Under the pieces are notes generated by a model, which saw only the letters and a program-made list of their open reading frames with translations, searched no databases and was not told the origin of the DNA. The position numbers were made by a program, and so were the translations under genes. From Chloroflexota bacterium (GTDB lineage Bacteria > Chloroflexota > Dehalococcoidia > Lucifugimonadales > GCA-2719675), in contig PBID01000019.1 in assembly GCA_002719675.1 (NCBI GenBank), forward strand, positions 38,556-102,555: a stretch of 64,000 nt of DNA, given 5' to 3'. The first letter of the stretch is position 1, and the number at the start of each line of letters is the position of its first letter. Below, one piece after another: positions 28,774 to 37,555 of this stretch.

Positions 28774-29670
28774 TTGAGTAATTATGCAATCATTTTAGTT
28801 TTATTTTCTGCCTTTGCACATTCTTCTTGGAATTTTTTAGTTAAACGATCTGATAATCCAAGTTTTTCAGTGATTGGTTTAAGCTTTTTTTCTCTTGCAA
28901 TTAATATAGGTATTTCTTTTTTATTTGGTGTAGTTGAAAGTATAGATTCAAGAGCATGGCCCTATATGATTTCTACTGTTGTAATTCATGCGATATATTT
29001 TGTTTTATTAGGCAAAGCTTATAGATATAGTGATCTTTCTTCAGTATATCCGATTGCAAGAGGCATTGGGTTGGCGGGGGTACCAATTTTAGCTAGCATT
29101 TTTACAGGTGATATTGTTTCAATTCAAGGTATATTTGGGATATTACTTATTTTAATAGGAGTTATGTTGGTTGGTGTTTTTGATAAAGGTAGTTTAGGTA
29201 GTTTGAAACAGCTTTTTTCATTTTTGGATATGTTTCAAAAAAATATTTCAAGAGGATTAATGTTTTCTTTAGGTACTGGCTTAGTTATATCGACATATTC
29301 AATAATTGATAGTGTTGCAGTTTCTTTAATGAATCCATTGTTGTATATGAATTTTGTTTTTGGAGGGGGGATTTTTGGTGTAATTTTTTTAATTTGGAGA
29401 AAAGAATATAACTTATCTAGCATTAAAACAGAAATGTATTCTAGTTGGAAATTATTCCTCATTGGTGGAATTTGTAGTTGTTTTGCATATATTTTAGTTT
29501 TGCAAGCATATACACTTAGCCAAGTAAGCTATGTGGCGCCTTTTAGAGAAATTGGTGTAGCTTTCGGAGTTTTGTTAGGCTATATTGCTTTAAGAGAAAA
29601 AATTAGTTATATCAAGGTTCTTGGTGTTGGAAGCATATTGGTCGGGGCTGTTATTATTTCGCTGTCTTAA
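28774..29670 (+). CDS. EamA/DMT-superfamily transporter
   Basis: 298 aa, about 10 hydrophobic segments in two similar halves, 'YPIARG' and 'APFREIGVAFGVLLGYIALRE' EamA-like ends. TTG start. Confidence 0.8.
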   Translation: MSNYAIILVLFSAFAHSSWNFLVKRSDNPSFSVIGLSFFSLAINIGISFLFGVVESIDSRAWPYMISTVVIHAIYFVLLGKAYRYSDLSSVYPIARGIGLAGVPILASIFTGDIVSIQGIFGILLILIGVMLVGVFDKGSLGSLKQLFSFLDMFQKNISRGLMFSLGTGLVISTYSIIDSVAVSLMNPLLYMNFVFGGGIFGVIFLIWRKEYNLSSIKTEMYSSWKLFLIGGICSCFAYILVLQAYTLSQVSYVAPFREIGVAFGVLLGYIALREKISYIKVLGVGSILVGAVIISLS

Positions 29671-29699
29671 TTTATAGAATATAGAAAGGATTAATTATC

Positions 29700-30188
29700 A
29701 TGAAGTTTTTGATGTTTTTCGTTTTGTCGTTATGTATTGGATTAAATTTTGCATGTTCTTCAAATGATTCTTCTGAAAGCAATCTGCCTGCTATTACTAA
29801 AAAACCTATTGTAATAGTTAACCCAACCAGTCGTTTGGCGAATCAAGATAGAGGAGGATCGTCTAGAAATAAAGCTTTAGATCGTGAAGTTGAGTTGCCT
29901 ATGAAACTTTGGCAATCATTTGAATACCAAATGATTAAATTTAGAGGAGTAGGAGGAGGAGGAGGGACTCAACAAGATGAATTTTGCGTTGTTCAAGGGG
30001 AGCCTAGTGAGTTGAAAATTGGAATTTCAGTTACTGTGTTGGAAGAAGCTAGGTGTATTTTTTCACAATTTCAGGAAGATGGAGACGGATCACCTAAAAG
30101 GTATTCTGTAAGTTTAACTAAAATCAGGATTAATGATACAGGAGAAGAAGGATGGACGTGGAGCAAGGCAATTAAGCTCAATGAGTAA
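29700..30188 (+). CDS. Small Cys-anchored secreted protein, family member B (unknown function)
   Basis: Leader ending 'LNFAC|SSN', then 'VELPMKLWQSFEY', 'FCV', 'ARCIF', 'KIRINDTGEEGWTWSKAI'. Lies 29 nt after the EamA gene and 27 nt before ggt. Confidence 0.8.
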   Translation: MKFLMFFVLSLCIGLNFACSSNDSSESNLPAITKKPIVIVNPTSRLANQDRGGSSRNKALDREVELPMKLWQSFEYQMIKFRGVGGGGGTQQDEFCVVQGEPSELKIGISVTVLEEARCIFSQFQEDGDGSPKRYSVSLTKIRINDTGEEGWTWSKAIKLNE

Positions 30189-30215
30189 CTTTGAATTTTA
30201 GTTTGAGGAAATTTT

Positions 30216-31877
30216 ATGTCCCAATTGAGACAACAAGATAAAGCTTCTAAGAACGGAATGGTAGTCACTCATCATAAAGAGGCTACTGATGTTGGTGCCG
30301 ATGTTTTAATATCTGGAGGAAATGCAATTGATGCGGCAATTGCTTCATGTTTAGCTGTAGGAGTTGTTCAGCCTGCATCTTCTGGTATTGGTGGAGGTGG
30401 ATATCTAGTTTATGAAATGTCTGAAAAAGGTGGAGTTATAGGATTTCCTATGCGTGGTTCTGGTTCTGCCAATACAGATTCATATAAATTGGTTGATGAA
30501 AAAGGTGGTGTAGGAGGTTTTCAATGGCATGGTGTACAAAATAACGATAATCTTGAAGGCTATAAATCGATTGCTATTCCAGGAGCTATTTCTGGTCTGT
30601 TTTTATCGCATCAGATGTTTGGAACAATCCCCATGAAAGAATTAATGGCTCCGGCTATTAAACTTGCTAGGGATGGATTTTATCCAGAATGGTACGATTT
30701 ATATGCTATAGGTTTGTATTCTGGAAAATTCACAAGATATAGCGAGTTAGCTAAAACATTTCTTCCAGATGGAGAAATGCCTAAGAGTGGAATTTTGTTT
30801 AAGCAGCCAGACCTTGCTGATACTTTAGAACATATAAGCAGGAATGGTGTAGATGAATTTTATAAAGGAGATATTGCTAAGTCTATAATCAATGAAATTC
30901 AACAAGATGGAGGATTTTTAAATTCCAAAGATATGTCTTCTTACCAATCATTTAATTGGGATAAAGGCTTAGAAATTAAATATTCTGATAATGTGGTTCG
31001 AGTCCCTCCGTTTGCTAGTGGAGGTTTAACTACCGCAATGACGTTGAAATTTTATGAGGCTATTAGAAAAACAAAATCTTTTTCTGGGAAATTAAATTCT
31101 TACATATCAGCAGCAAAAATGGCTTATTTGGATAGATTTGAATATGTTGGAGATCCTGATTTTGTTGATGTTCCTTGGGACGGGATGATTTCAGACAAAT
31201 ATATCTTTGAACGTGCAAGAGATGCTAGTGTCAATTATGAAGATTCTAAATCTGGAAATCCTTGGGAATATGATGTAAAACAAAAAGGTGAATCTATCCT
31301 GGGGAGTTATCCTTCTTTTGATTTAGGAACTACACATTTATGTGTTTATGATAAATTTAGTAATGCGGTATCTCTGACAAATACTCTTATGGGAGGATTT
31401 GGTTCTGGAATAATTCCTAAAAGTACGGGTGTAATTATGAATAATGGAATGATGTGGTTTGATCCCTTACCTGGAAGAGTTAATTCTGTGATGCCCGGTA
31501 AATTTCCATTGAATAATATGAGCCCTGGTTTAGTTTTGGATAAAAAAGGTGTTAAATTAGCATTAGGAGCAGCAGGTGGAAGGAAGATAACTAATTGTGT
31601 TAGTCAGTTAATTATTAAAATGCTAGACTCTGATATTAGCGCTCAGGAAGCTGTTGATTCACCTAGGGTAGATTGTAGTAATCCTAAAACATTACTTGAC
31701 TCTAGATATGATGAATCATTGGTAAAGGAATTGAGTTTAATTGGCAACGAGTTTGATTTTTCAGATGGAGTATTTGCACATAATTTTTCAACTCCAGCAG
31801 CTATAAAAAGAATGCCTGATGGAAATTTAACTGGTGGAGTTCACTCGTTTGGGAGAGGCTTTGTTAGAGGAGTTTAG
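30216..31877 (+). CDS. ggt: Gamma-glutamyltranspeptidase-family Ntn hydrolase (no signal peptide visible)
   Basis: 'GMVVTHHKEATDVGADVLISGGNAIDAAIA', autoprocessing nucleophile region 'GTTHLCVYD', 'GAAGGRKI'. Confidence 0.9.
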   Translation: MSQLRQQDKASKNGMVVTHHKEATDVGADVLISGGNAIDAAIASCLAVGVVQPASSGIGGGGYLVYEMSEKGGVIGFPMRGSGSANTDSYKLVDEKGGVGGFQWHGVQNNDNLEGYKSIAIPGAISGLFLSHQMFGTIPMKELMAPAIKLARDGFYPEWYDLYAIGLYSGKFTRYSELAKTFLPDGEMPKSGILFKQPDLADTLEHISRNGVDEFYKGDIAKSIINEIQQDGGFLNSKDMSSYQSFNWDKGLEIKYSDNVVRVPPFASGGLTTAMTLKFYEAIRKTKSFSGKLNSYISAAKMAYLDRFEYVGDPDFVDVPWDGMISDKYIFERARDASVNYEDSKSGNPWEYDVKQKGESILGSYPSFDLGTTHLCVYDKFSNAVSLTNTLMGGFGSGIIPKSTGVIMNNGMMWFDPLPGRVNSVMPGKFPLNNMSPGLVLDKKGVKLALGAAGGRKITNCVSQLIIKMLDSDISAQEAVDSPRVDCSNPKTLLDSRYDESLVKELSLIGNEFDFSDGVFAHNFSTPAAIKRMPDGNLTGGVHSFGRGFVRGV

Positions 31878-31885
31878 TTTTTTTG

Positions 31886-32818
31886 CTAATAGTACTCTTC
31901 AATGGCTTTTGGTAAATAGACGTTTGGAGTTTTACGTTTTTGTGACAAAGATATTTGTTTTGAACGTTCTCTTGATTTATTTTTTTTATTTTCAGTTGCT
32001 TCTTCATAACAATTTGGACAAGATACATCTTTTTCAAATTTAATAGATTCTTGATCAGCTTTTGATATTGGCTCGTTGCATCCATGGCATAGGTCATATG
32101 TACCTTTTTCTAGTTTTGAGTTTACTGTCACGCGGTTATCAAATACAAAGCATTCTCCATCCCAGAGTGATTCAGTTTCTGGTGTATCTTCAATATATTT
32201 TAATATTCCTCCTTCTAATTGAAAAATATTGTTAAATCCAATTTCTTTCATGTAATAAGACGCTTTTTCGCAGCGAATACCACCAGTACAGTACATAGCA
32301 ATTTTTTTGTTTTTATGTTCACTTAGTTTTTCAGTAATGAATTTTTTAAAATCAACAAATGATTCTGTGTTAGGTGTGATTGCGTTTTTAAAGGTGCCTA
32401 TTTTGGTTTCGTATTCGTTTCTAACATCTATAGTAATTATATCTGTATCATTAATCATCTCATTCCATTGTTTTGCATTTACATATTCAGCTTTTTGTTT
32501 TTCGGGATTGATGGGGGTATTTAAGAATGTGACTATTTCTTTTTTGATCTTAATTTTATTCCTGTAAAATGGCATTTTGGAAGTTTTTGAATACTTAATA
32601 TTTAAGTTTTCAAATTGAAGTTTTTCAAGATAATTGACGAATTTATCAATTGAATTTGGCAAGGCTGCTATTGTTCCGTTGATTCCTTCTTTAGCTATTA
32701 TAATTGAGCCTAGTATTTCATTTTTTTTACAGAAAGATTTTAATAATTTAGAAAATTGGGTCAAGTTATTTAATGATTTGAATTGATAAAATGTTGCGAT
32801 TTTGAAATGAAGGTCCAA
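31886..32818 (-). CDS. trhO: Rhodanese-domain protein of the UPF0176/TrhO family (tRNA U34 hydroxylase type)
   Basis: 'IIIAKEGINGT', rhodanese active-site loop 'MYCTGGIRCEKA', C-terminal Cys cluster 'CHGC...CPNC'. Confidence 0.85.
   Translation of the reverse strand: MDLHFKIATFYQFKSLNNLTQFSKLLKSFCKKNEILGSIIIAKEGINGTIAALPNSIDKFVNYLEKLQFENLNIKYSKTSKMPFYRNKIKIKKEIVTFLNTPINPEKQKAEYVNAKQWNEMINDTDIITIDVRNEYETKIGTFKNAITPNTESFVDFKKFITEKLSEHKNKKIAMYCTGGIRCEKASYYMKEIGFNNIFQLEGGILKYIEDTPETESLWDGECFVFDNRVTVNSKLEKGTYDLCHGCNEPISKADQESIKFEKDVSCPNCYEEATENKKNKSRERSKQISLSQKRKTPNVYLPKAIEEYY
32301..32335. repeat. 35-nt direct repeat, copy 1 (inside trhO)
   Basis: atttttttgtttttatgttcacttagtttttcagt matches 33461-33495 at 33 of 35 positions. 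Encodes TEKLSEHKNKKI on the minus strand. Confidence 0.9.
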
Positions 32819-32850
32819 TTGGATTCCTTAGGATTAATTTTGGTGATATT

Positions 32851-33822
32851 TTACAAAGTTTTTATTAATCTCAAACCAATTGATGGTTGTTGGTCTGTAG
32901 ATAACCTAGCGCTTCTAGAGTCTGTTCTTATTGATCCGGGGAAATATCTGAAATATCCACCTTTTACAACTCTTGAAGATGTTTTTTTAATTTCAGAGTT
33001 TAACAATTCTTTTTGATTCAGTTTATCATTAAAGTTTTCCGTACTATATAAATCTTGGCACCATTCAAATATATTTCCAAGCATATCGAAAACTCCCCAA
33101 GGATTAGGAGGCTTTAATCCTAATTCGGTTGGAGTTTGATTTTCAAAAGAAGAATTGCTATCGATATACCAAGCATATTTTGGAATTTCATTGCGATTGT
33201 TACCAAACGACCAAGTTGATTTTGTATCTGCTTTACAAGTATATTCCCATTCAGCTTCTGTTGGTAGCCTGAATTGATGTTTTTCAGAATAAGAGTTTAA
33301 TGTTTTAACAAATTTTTGGCAATCGTTCCATGAAATATTTACCATTGGTGTTTTTAATTTTGGATGATTTTGGTTCAATTTGGTCTTTAATGTTTTTGGC
33401 CCCATGATGTGACTCCATTGGGCTTGAGTGACTGGAAACTTTCCTATGTTTAAACTTCTAATTTTTTTGTTTTTGTGTTCACTTAATTTTTCAGTGTTTA
33501 TTTTTACCCAATTAGATTTTTCATATTGCCAATTAATATCTTCAATTATGATAGGTTGAATAGATTTATCTGCAGGAATCATTTGATGAATTTCATGGGA
33601 TAAATTTTCAAGAACTATGTTATAAATCGTTTTGTGTAATTCCTGTCCTTTTTCCCAGTTATTAAATGCTTTGATTAGACCTACTTCACCTGGATTAGCT
33701 AGGAATTTACAAATATTTTTGCATTTAGGACATAAAAATTTAATTTCCATGTATCCTTTGCCGGGGTTGTTTGCTCCTTGGCTAAGCATTCTTAAATCAC
33801 ATTTATTACATATGAATTGCAT
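32851..33822 (-). CDS. Zn-ribbon + FGE-sulfatase (SUMF1/DUF323, C-type-lectin-like) domain protein
   Basis: N-terminal 'CNKC...CPKC'. C-terminal 'FRLPTEAEWEYTCKA', 'NPWGVFDMLGNIFEWCQD', 'VVKGGYF', 'IGLRL'. No signal peptide. Confidence 0.8.
   Translation of the reverse strand: MQFICNKCDLRMLSQGANNPGKGYMEIKFLCPKCKNICKFLANPGEVGLIKAFNNWEKGQELHKTIYNIVLENLSHEIHQMIPADKSIQPIIIEDINWQYEKSNWVKINTEKLSEHKNKKIRSLNIGKFPVTQAQWSHIMGPKTLKTKLNQNHPKLKTPMVNISWNDCQKFVKTLNSYSEKHQFRLPTEAEWEYTCKADTKSTWSFGNNRNEIPKYAWYIDSNSSFENQTPTELGLKPPNPWGVFDMLGNIFEWCQDLYSTENFNDKLNQKELLNSEIKKTSSRVVKGGYFRYFPGSIRTDSRSARLSTDQQPSIGLRLIKTL
33461..33495. repeat. 35-nt direct repeat, copy 2 (inside the FGE-domain gene)
   Basis: atttttttgtttttgtgttcacttaatttttcagt. 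Encodes the same 12-aa peptide TEKLSEHKNKKI. Both nucleotide differences from copy 1 are synonymous. Confidence 0.9.
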
Positions 33823-33838
33823 ATTTTTCTCCAGAAAT

Positions 33839-36250
33839 TTAAATTCCTACAGGGTCAACATCTACAACCCAGTCTTTTTTTAATTTTATGTTTTGAATCA
33901 ACACATGAGGGTGTTTTCCTCTAATATGAATTTGGAATTTATATGAATCTTTATCTTTTGCAGGAAAGGTTGGTGTTGGTCCACGGACTTCAATATTTTG
34001 TAAATTTAGAATATTTCGGATGTTTAGTAACTCTGAAAATATTTTTTTAGATTCATATGAGCAAGATTGTTCATTTTTGTTGGAGTAAATTAATCGTATT
34101 ATATTTGAATAAGGTGGTAGGTTTTGAGTTTTTCGAAACAGAATTTCTTTCTTAAAAAATCCCAAATAATTTTGAGATGAACCATTTGTAATAGGGTAAA
34201 AATTAGGCTTGTAAGTTTGAATAATGATTTTAGATTTGGAAGCTATTTTAGATAAATTATAAATTCTTTGAAAAATCTTTTCTGTTGATCTGAAATTTGA
34301 TGAGTGCATGCCTGTTTCTCCAATTATCATGCCGATTAAACTCACATTTGGGAAAGTTAAGCCTTTAGGTACCATGTCTGTTCCTATCAAGAATTGTGCG
34401 TTTCCGTTTTGAAATGAATCTAAAGTTTTGATTTTTGCATCTGGAGTTGGAGTGGAGTCTTTATCTAGTCGTAAAATTTTTGTTTCAGGAAATTTTGATT
34501 GAATCATTTCGCAAAGTTTTTTTGTTCCTAATCCTCTATATAATAAGTTTTGATTTGAGCAATTGGGGCAGTTTTTAAGAGGGTTTTGTTGTTCTCCACA
34601 ATTATGGCATAACAACATTTTAATATCATTGTGAAAATTTATTGGGATGTTACATTTATTGCAAATTGGAATAAATTTACATGTTTCACAAAATACATGA
34701 GGGTGAGATCCTCTCTGATTTAGGAACAACATTCCTTGTGTCTTGTTATCAACGCACGAAGTAATATCCGAAAGTAATTCTTTGCTGATGGGGGAACGAT
34801 TTCCGCTTTTAAGTTCATCGTTTAGATTGATCACATGGAATCTGTTTTTTCTGTGTTTTATATCAATTGAATCTTCTTCTAATAATTCATATTTTTTGAA
34901 ATTACTTTTTAAAAATGATTCAACTCTAGGTGTGGAACTTGATAATATCAGAGTGAAATTATTTAGTTCTGATAGTTTTTCTGCAACTTTTCTAGTGTCA
35001 AATTTAGGGTTGGAATCTATGTTTTTGTACGAATCTTCATGTTCTTCATCTAGTATTATCAACCCGATTTTAGGTGCTGGAAGAAATATACTATTTTGAG
35101 TTCCAATTATTATTGGATAATAACCTTGTCGAATTTCCCACCATAGAGAATTTTTTTTTGATGCAGACATATTACTATTGAATAATATTGTTTCTTTTGA
35201 AAAGTATTGATTTATTTGTTTGAATAATTCATTTGCGACACTTATTTCCGGGGCCAATATTTTTACTGCTTTTTGCTGATTAAGACAATTTCGTATTGCT
35301 TCTATATAAATTTGAATTTTTCTATTTGTTGATCCGTTTTTGTAGAGAAATATTTTTTTGTTTTTTTGGTTTGCTTCAATTGAATTTGAGATTATTTGAG
35401 ATATTTTTTTTTCAGTTTCATTGAGTTCTTGGATGTCTTCATTATGCTGTTTAACGAGGATTTTTCTTGAAGGAGTAGCAGAATATTTAATTAAGATATT
35501 TTTTTTGATTAAACTATTTATAGGCGAACTACCAAAATGTGTTCTCAACGATGAATTTGTTTTTGATCCTGGGGAATTCAACATGAATTCAATTAGTTTT
35601 TTTTGCTTGTGGGAATTTTTTGTCAAATATTTAGATTGTTCTTTGAATTCAAAATTTTTTGATAATTTTATCAGTTCAATTTTTCCCCCATTATTTGGTA
35701 ACGAGAATTTTTCTTTTAAAAAAATCAGATCCTTTTCTATTAAGTCTTTTAAAATATTTCGAGCAATCTTTCCATGTTTATTTTCAATTTTTTCTTGAGT
35801 TAAACCTGGTGTTTTGATTATTTCCATATATATATATTTTTCTAAATCTGAATCAATGTTAGGGGGAGATGATTTTGGTGCAAAATATAATTTTTGAAGT
35901 TTCGTATTTTGATTTGATGGGAACAAAAGAGAGGACGCTTTAAAAATAGATGAATGGTAATAATCACTTATCCATTTTGATAATTGCAATTGATTTTGAG
36001 TGAGTCTTGGGAAACCATCTATTACTTGAATAATGTTTTTAATTTCAGGAATGTTTGGTTTAGTAGTTTTTATTTCAAATATTATTCCAAATAGAATTCT
36101 GTTTTTAAATTCAACTTTGACTAAATCGCCTTTTCGAGCTATTACTTTGCGAGGGATTGAATAAGTGAAAAGTTGATTGGTAGGCGTGAAGCAATCGACC
36201 GCTACTTCAGCATAGCTAAAATGATTATGCTTTGTCATGAACCTCCTCAT
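33839..36250 (-). CDS. priA: Primosomal protein N' (replication restart helicase)
   Basis: Helicase motifs 'LILDEEHEDSYK' (DEEH box) and Zn-binding Cys cluster 'CETCKFIPICNKC...CHNCG...CPNCS'. Alternative ATG at 36238. Confidence 0.93.
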   Translation of the reverse strand: MRRFMTKHNHFSYAEVAVDCFTPTNQLFTYSIPRKVIARKGDLVKVEFKNRILFGIIFEIKTTKPNIPEIKNIIQVIDGFPRLTQNQLQLSKWISDYYHSSIFKASSLLFPSNQNTKLQKLYFAPKSSPPNIDSDLEKYIYMEIIKTPGLTQEKIENKHGKIARNILKDLIEKDLIFLKEKFSLPNNGGKIELIKLSKNFEFKEQSKYLTKNSHKQKKLIEFMLNSPGSKTNSSLRTHFGSSPINSLIKKNILIKYSATPSRKILVKQHNEDIQELNETEKKISQIISNSIEANQKNKKIFLYKNGSTNRKIQIYIEAIRNCLNQQKAVKILAPEISVANELFKQINQYFSKETILFNSNMSASKKNSLWWEIRQGYYPIIIGTQNSIFLPAPKIGLIILDEEHEDSYKNIDSNPKFDTRKVAEKLSELNNFTLILSSSTPRVESFLKSNFKKYELLEEDSIDIKHRKNRFHVINLNDELKSGNRSPISKELLSDITSCVDNKTQGMLFLNQRGSHPHVFCETCKFIPICNKCNIPINFHNDIKMLLCHNCGEQQNPLKNCPNCSNQNLLYRGLGTKKLCEMIQSKFPETKILRLDKDSTPTPDAKIKTLDSFQNGNAQFLIGTDMVPKGLTFPNVSLIGMIIGETGMHSSNFRSTEKIFQRIYNLSKIASKSKIIIQTYKPNFYPITNGSSQNYLGFFKKEILFRKTQNLPPYSNIIRLIYSNKNEQSCSYESKKIFSELLNIRNILNLQNIEVRGPTPTFPAKDKDSYKFQIHIRGKHPHVLIQNIKLKKDWVVDVDPVGI

Positions 36251-36333
36251 CTAACAATTGCTAATGATTCGTCAATCCTAGCACAATCATTGGATTAATT
36301 TTGTAAATTTTTATATATATATTTGCAAAATTA

Positions 36334-36375
36334 ATAATGGAAATGGGCTGCATTAATGCAACTCATTTCCATTAT
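36334..36375 (-). terminator. Long hairpin downstream of ftsZ (probable terminator separating ftsZ from priA)
   Basis: 20-nt arms 36334-36353 / 36356-36375 pair with one mismatch and one G-U. On the minus strand the hairpin is followed by TAATTTTG. Lies 26 nt 3' of the ftsZ stop. Confidence 0.55.
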
Positions 36376-36400
36376 AAGGAATAAGAGCTAAATTTAAAGC

Positions 36401-37519
36401 TTATTTTGTGGAAGAAGTTTGGTTGCGATACCGAGAAATTCTTCGTAGAAATGGTGGCAAATCAATGTCACTTAATTTCAATTGTTTTTCTTGGTCACTT
36501 TCTTCATCAGCAGTTTCAAGTAATTCTTGTAAATCGTTGTCATAATCATCACTTATAGGGTTCCCTGCAGCTGTAAAACCTGTGGCAATGACTGTTAATT
36601 TAATTTCATTTTCCATTCTTGGATCAGTTGTCATTCCAAAGATGATGTTACAATTAGGATCAACTACCTCTTGAAGAACTTCTGCTGCTTCATGAAGTTC
36701 TGAAAGTTTCAAATCGCTGCCTCCGGTAATATTAAAAAGTACACCAGTAGCTCCATCAATTGATACTTCTAGCAAAGGGTTTGATATAGCTTGATGTGCA
36801 GCATCTCTTGATCTGTTTTCTCCGACTCCATAACCAATTGACATCCATGCAGGCCCGGCATCTTTCATTATAGATTGTACATCAGCAAAATCTAAGTTAA
36901 TTTCTCCAGGAACAGTAATTAATTCTGCTATAGATTGAACTCCAAGACGAAGTACATCATCAGCCATTTTAAATGCGTTAGAGGTTGTCATTTCTTCTTT
37001 ACAAACTACTTGTAATCTATCATTAGGGATAATTAGAAGTGTATCAACATGTTTTGCTAATTTTTGAATTCCTTCTTCAGCATTTTTCATTCTTCTGGTA
37101 CCTTCGAATGAGAATGGAGTTGTAACTACTCCCACAGTTAATGCTCCGGTATTCTTTACTACTTCTGCAATTACAGGTGCTGCTCCAGTACCAGTGCCGC
37201 CACCCATTCCTGCAGCAACGAAAACCATATCACATTCACTGAAAGTTTCTGCAAGTTCTTCTTTACTTTCTTCAGCAGCTTTCATGCCAATTTCAGGATT
37301 GCCACCAACACCCTTACCTTGAGTAAGTATATCTCCTATACTGGTTCTCATTTGAACATCAGAAGTTATAAGTGCTTGAGTATCTGTATTGACTACATGA
37401 TATTCAATTCCAGGGATTCTTTCTTTGTACATCCTTGAAACTGCGTTAGATCCTCCACCGCCTACACCGACCACTTTTATTTTTGCTTGTTTATTTGGCT
37501 CCGGGTTGTTTATCACCAT
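36401..37519 (-). CDS. ftsZ: Cell division GTPase FtsZ
   Basis: 'VVGVGGGGSNAV', tubulin signature 'GGTGTGAAPVIAE', acidic linker and C-terminal 'DIDLPPFLRR' peptide. Confidence 0.97.
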   Translation of the reverse strand: MVINNPEPNKQAKIKVVGVGGGGSNAVSRMYKERIPGIEYHVVNTDTQALITSDVQMRTSIGDILTQGKGVGGNPEIGMKAAEESKEELAETFSECDMVFVAAGMGGGTGTGAAPVIAEVVKNTGALTVGVVTTPFSFEGTRRMKNAEEGIQKLAKHVDTLLIIPNDRLQVVCKEEMTTSNAFKMADDVLRLGVQSIAELITVPGEINLDFADVQSIMKDAGPAWMSIGYGVGENRSRDAAHQAISNPLLEVSIDGATGVLFNITGGSDLKLSELHEAAEVLQEVVDPNCNIIFGMTTDPRMENEIKLTVIATGFTAAGNPISDDYDNDLQELLETADEESDQEKQLKLSDIDLPPFLRRISRYRNQTSSTK

Positions 37520-37555
37520 TATCTCTTACTCCCTTTTAATAATTAGTTTAAATTT

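Noticed and set aside
31834-32097. Small ORFs 31834..32043 (+) and 31864..32097 (-) at the ggt/trhO junction
   Set aside because: They overlap the 3' ends of two well-supported convergent genes and translate to low-complexity Lys/Leu/Phe-rich strings typical of AT-rich off-frames.
32851-33822. Diversity-generating retroelement targeting the FGE/C-type-lectin-fold protein, with the 35-nt repeat as a TR/VR pair
   Set aside because: There is no reverse transcriptase ORF in the window. The repeat is only 35 nt and lies at the N-terminal edge of the FGE domain, not at the C-terminal variable region. The two mismatches are transitions in both directions rather than adenine-specific substitutions.
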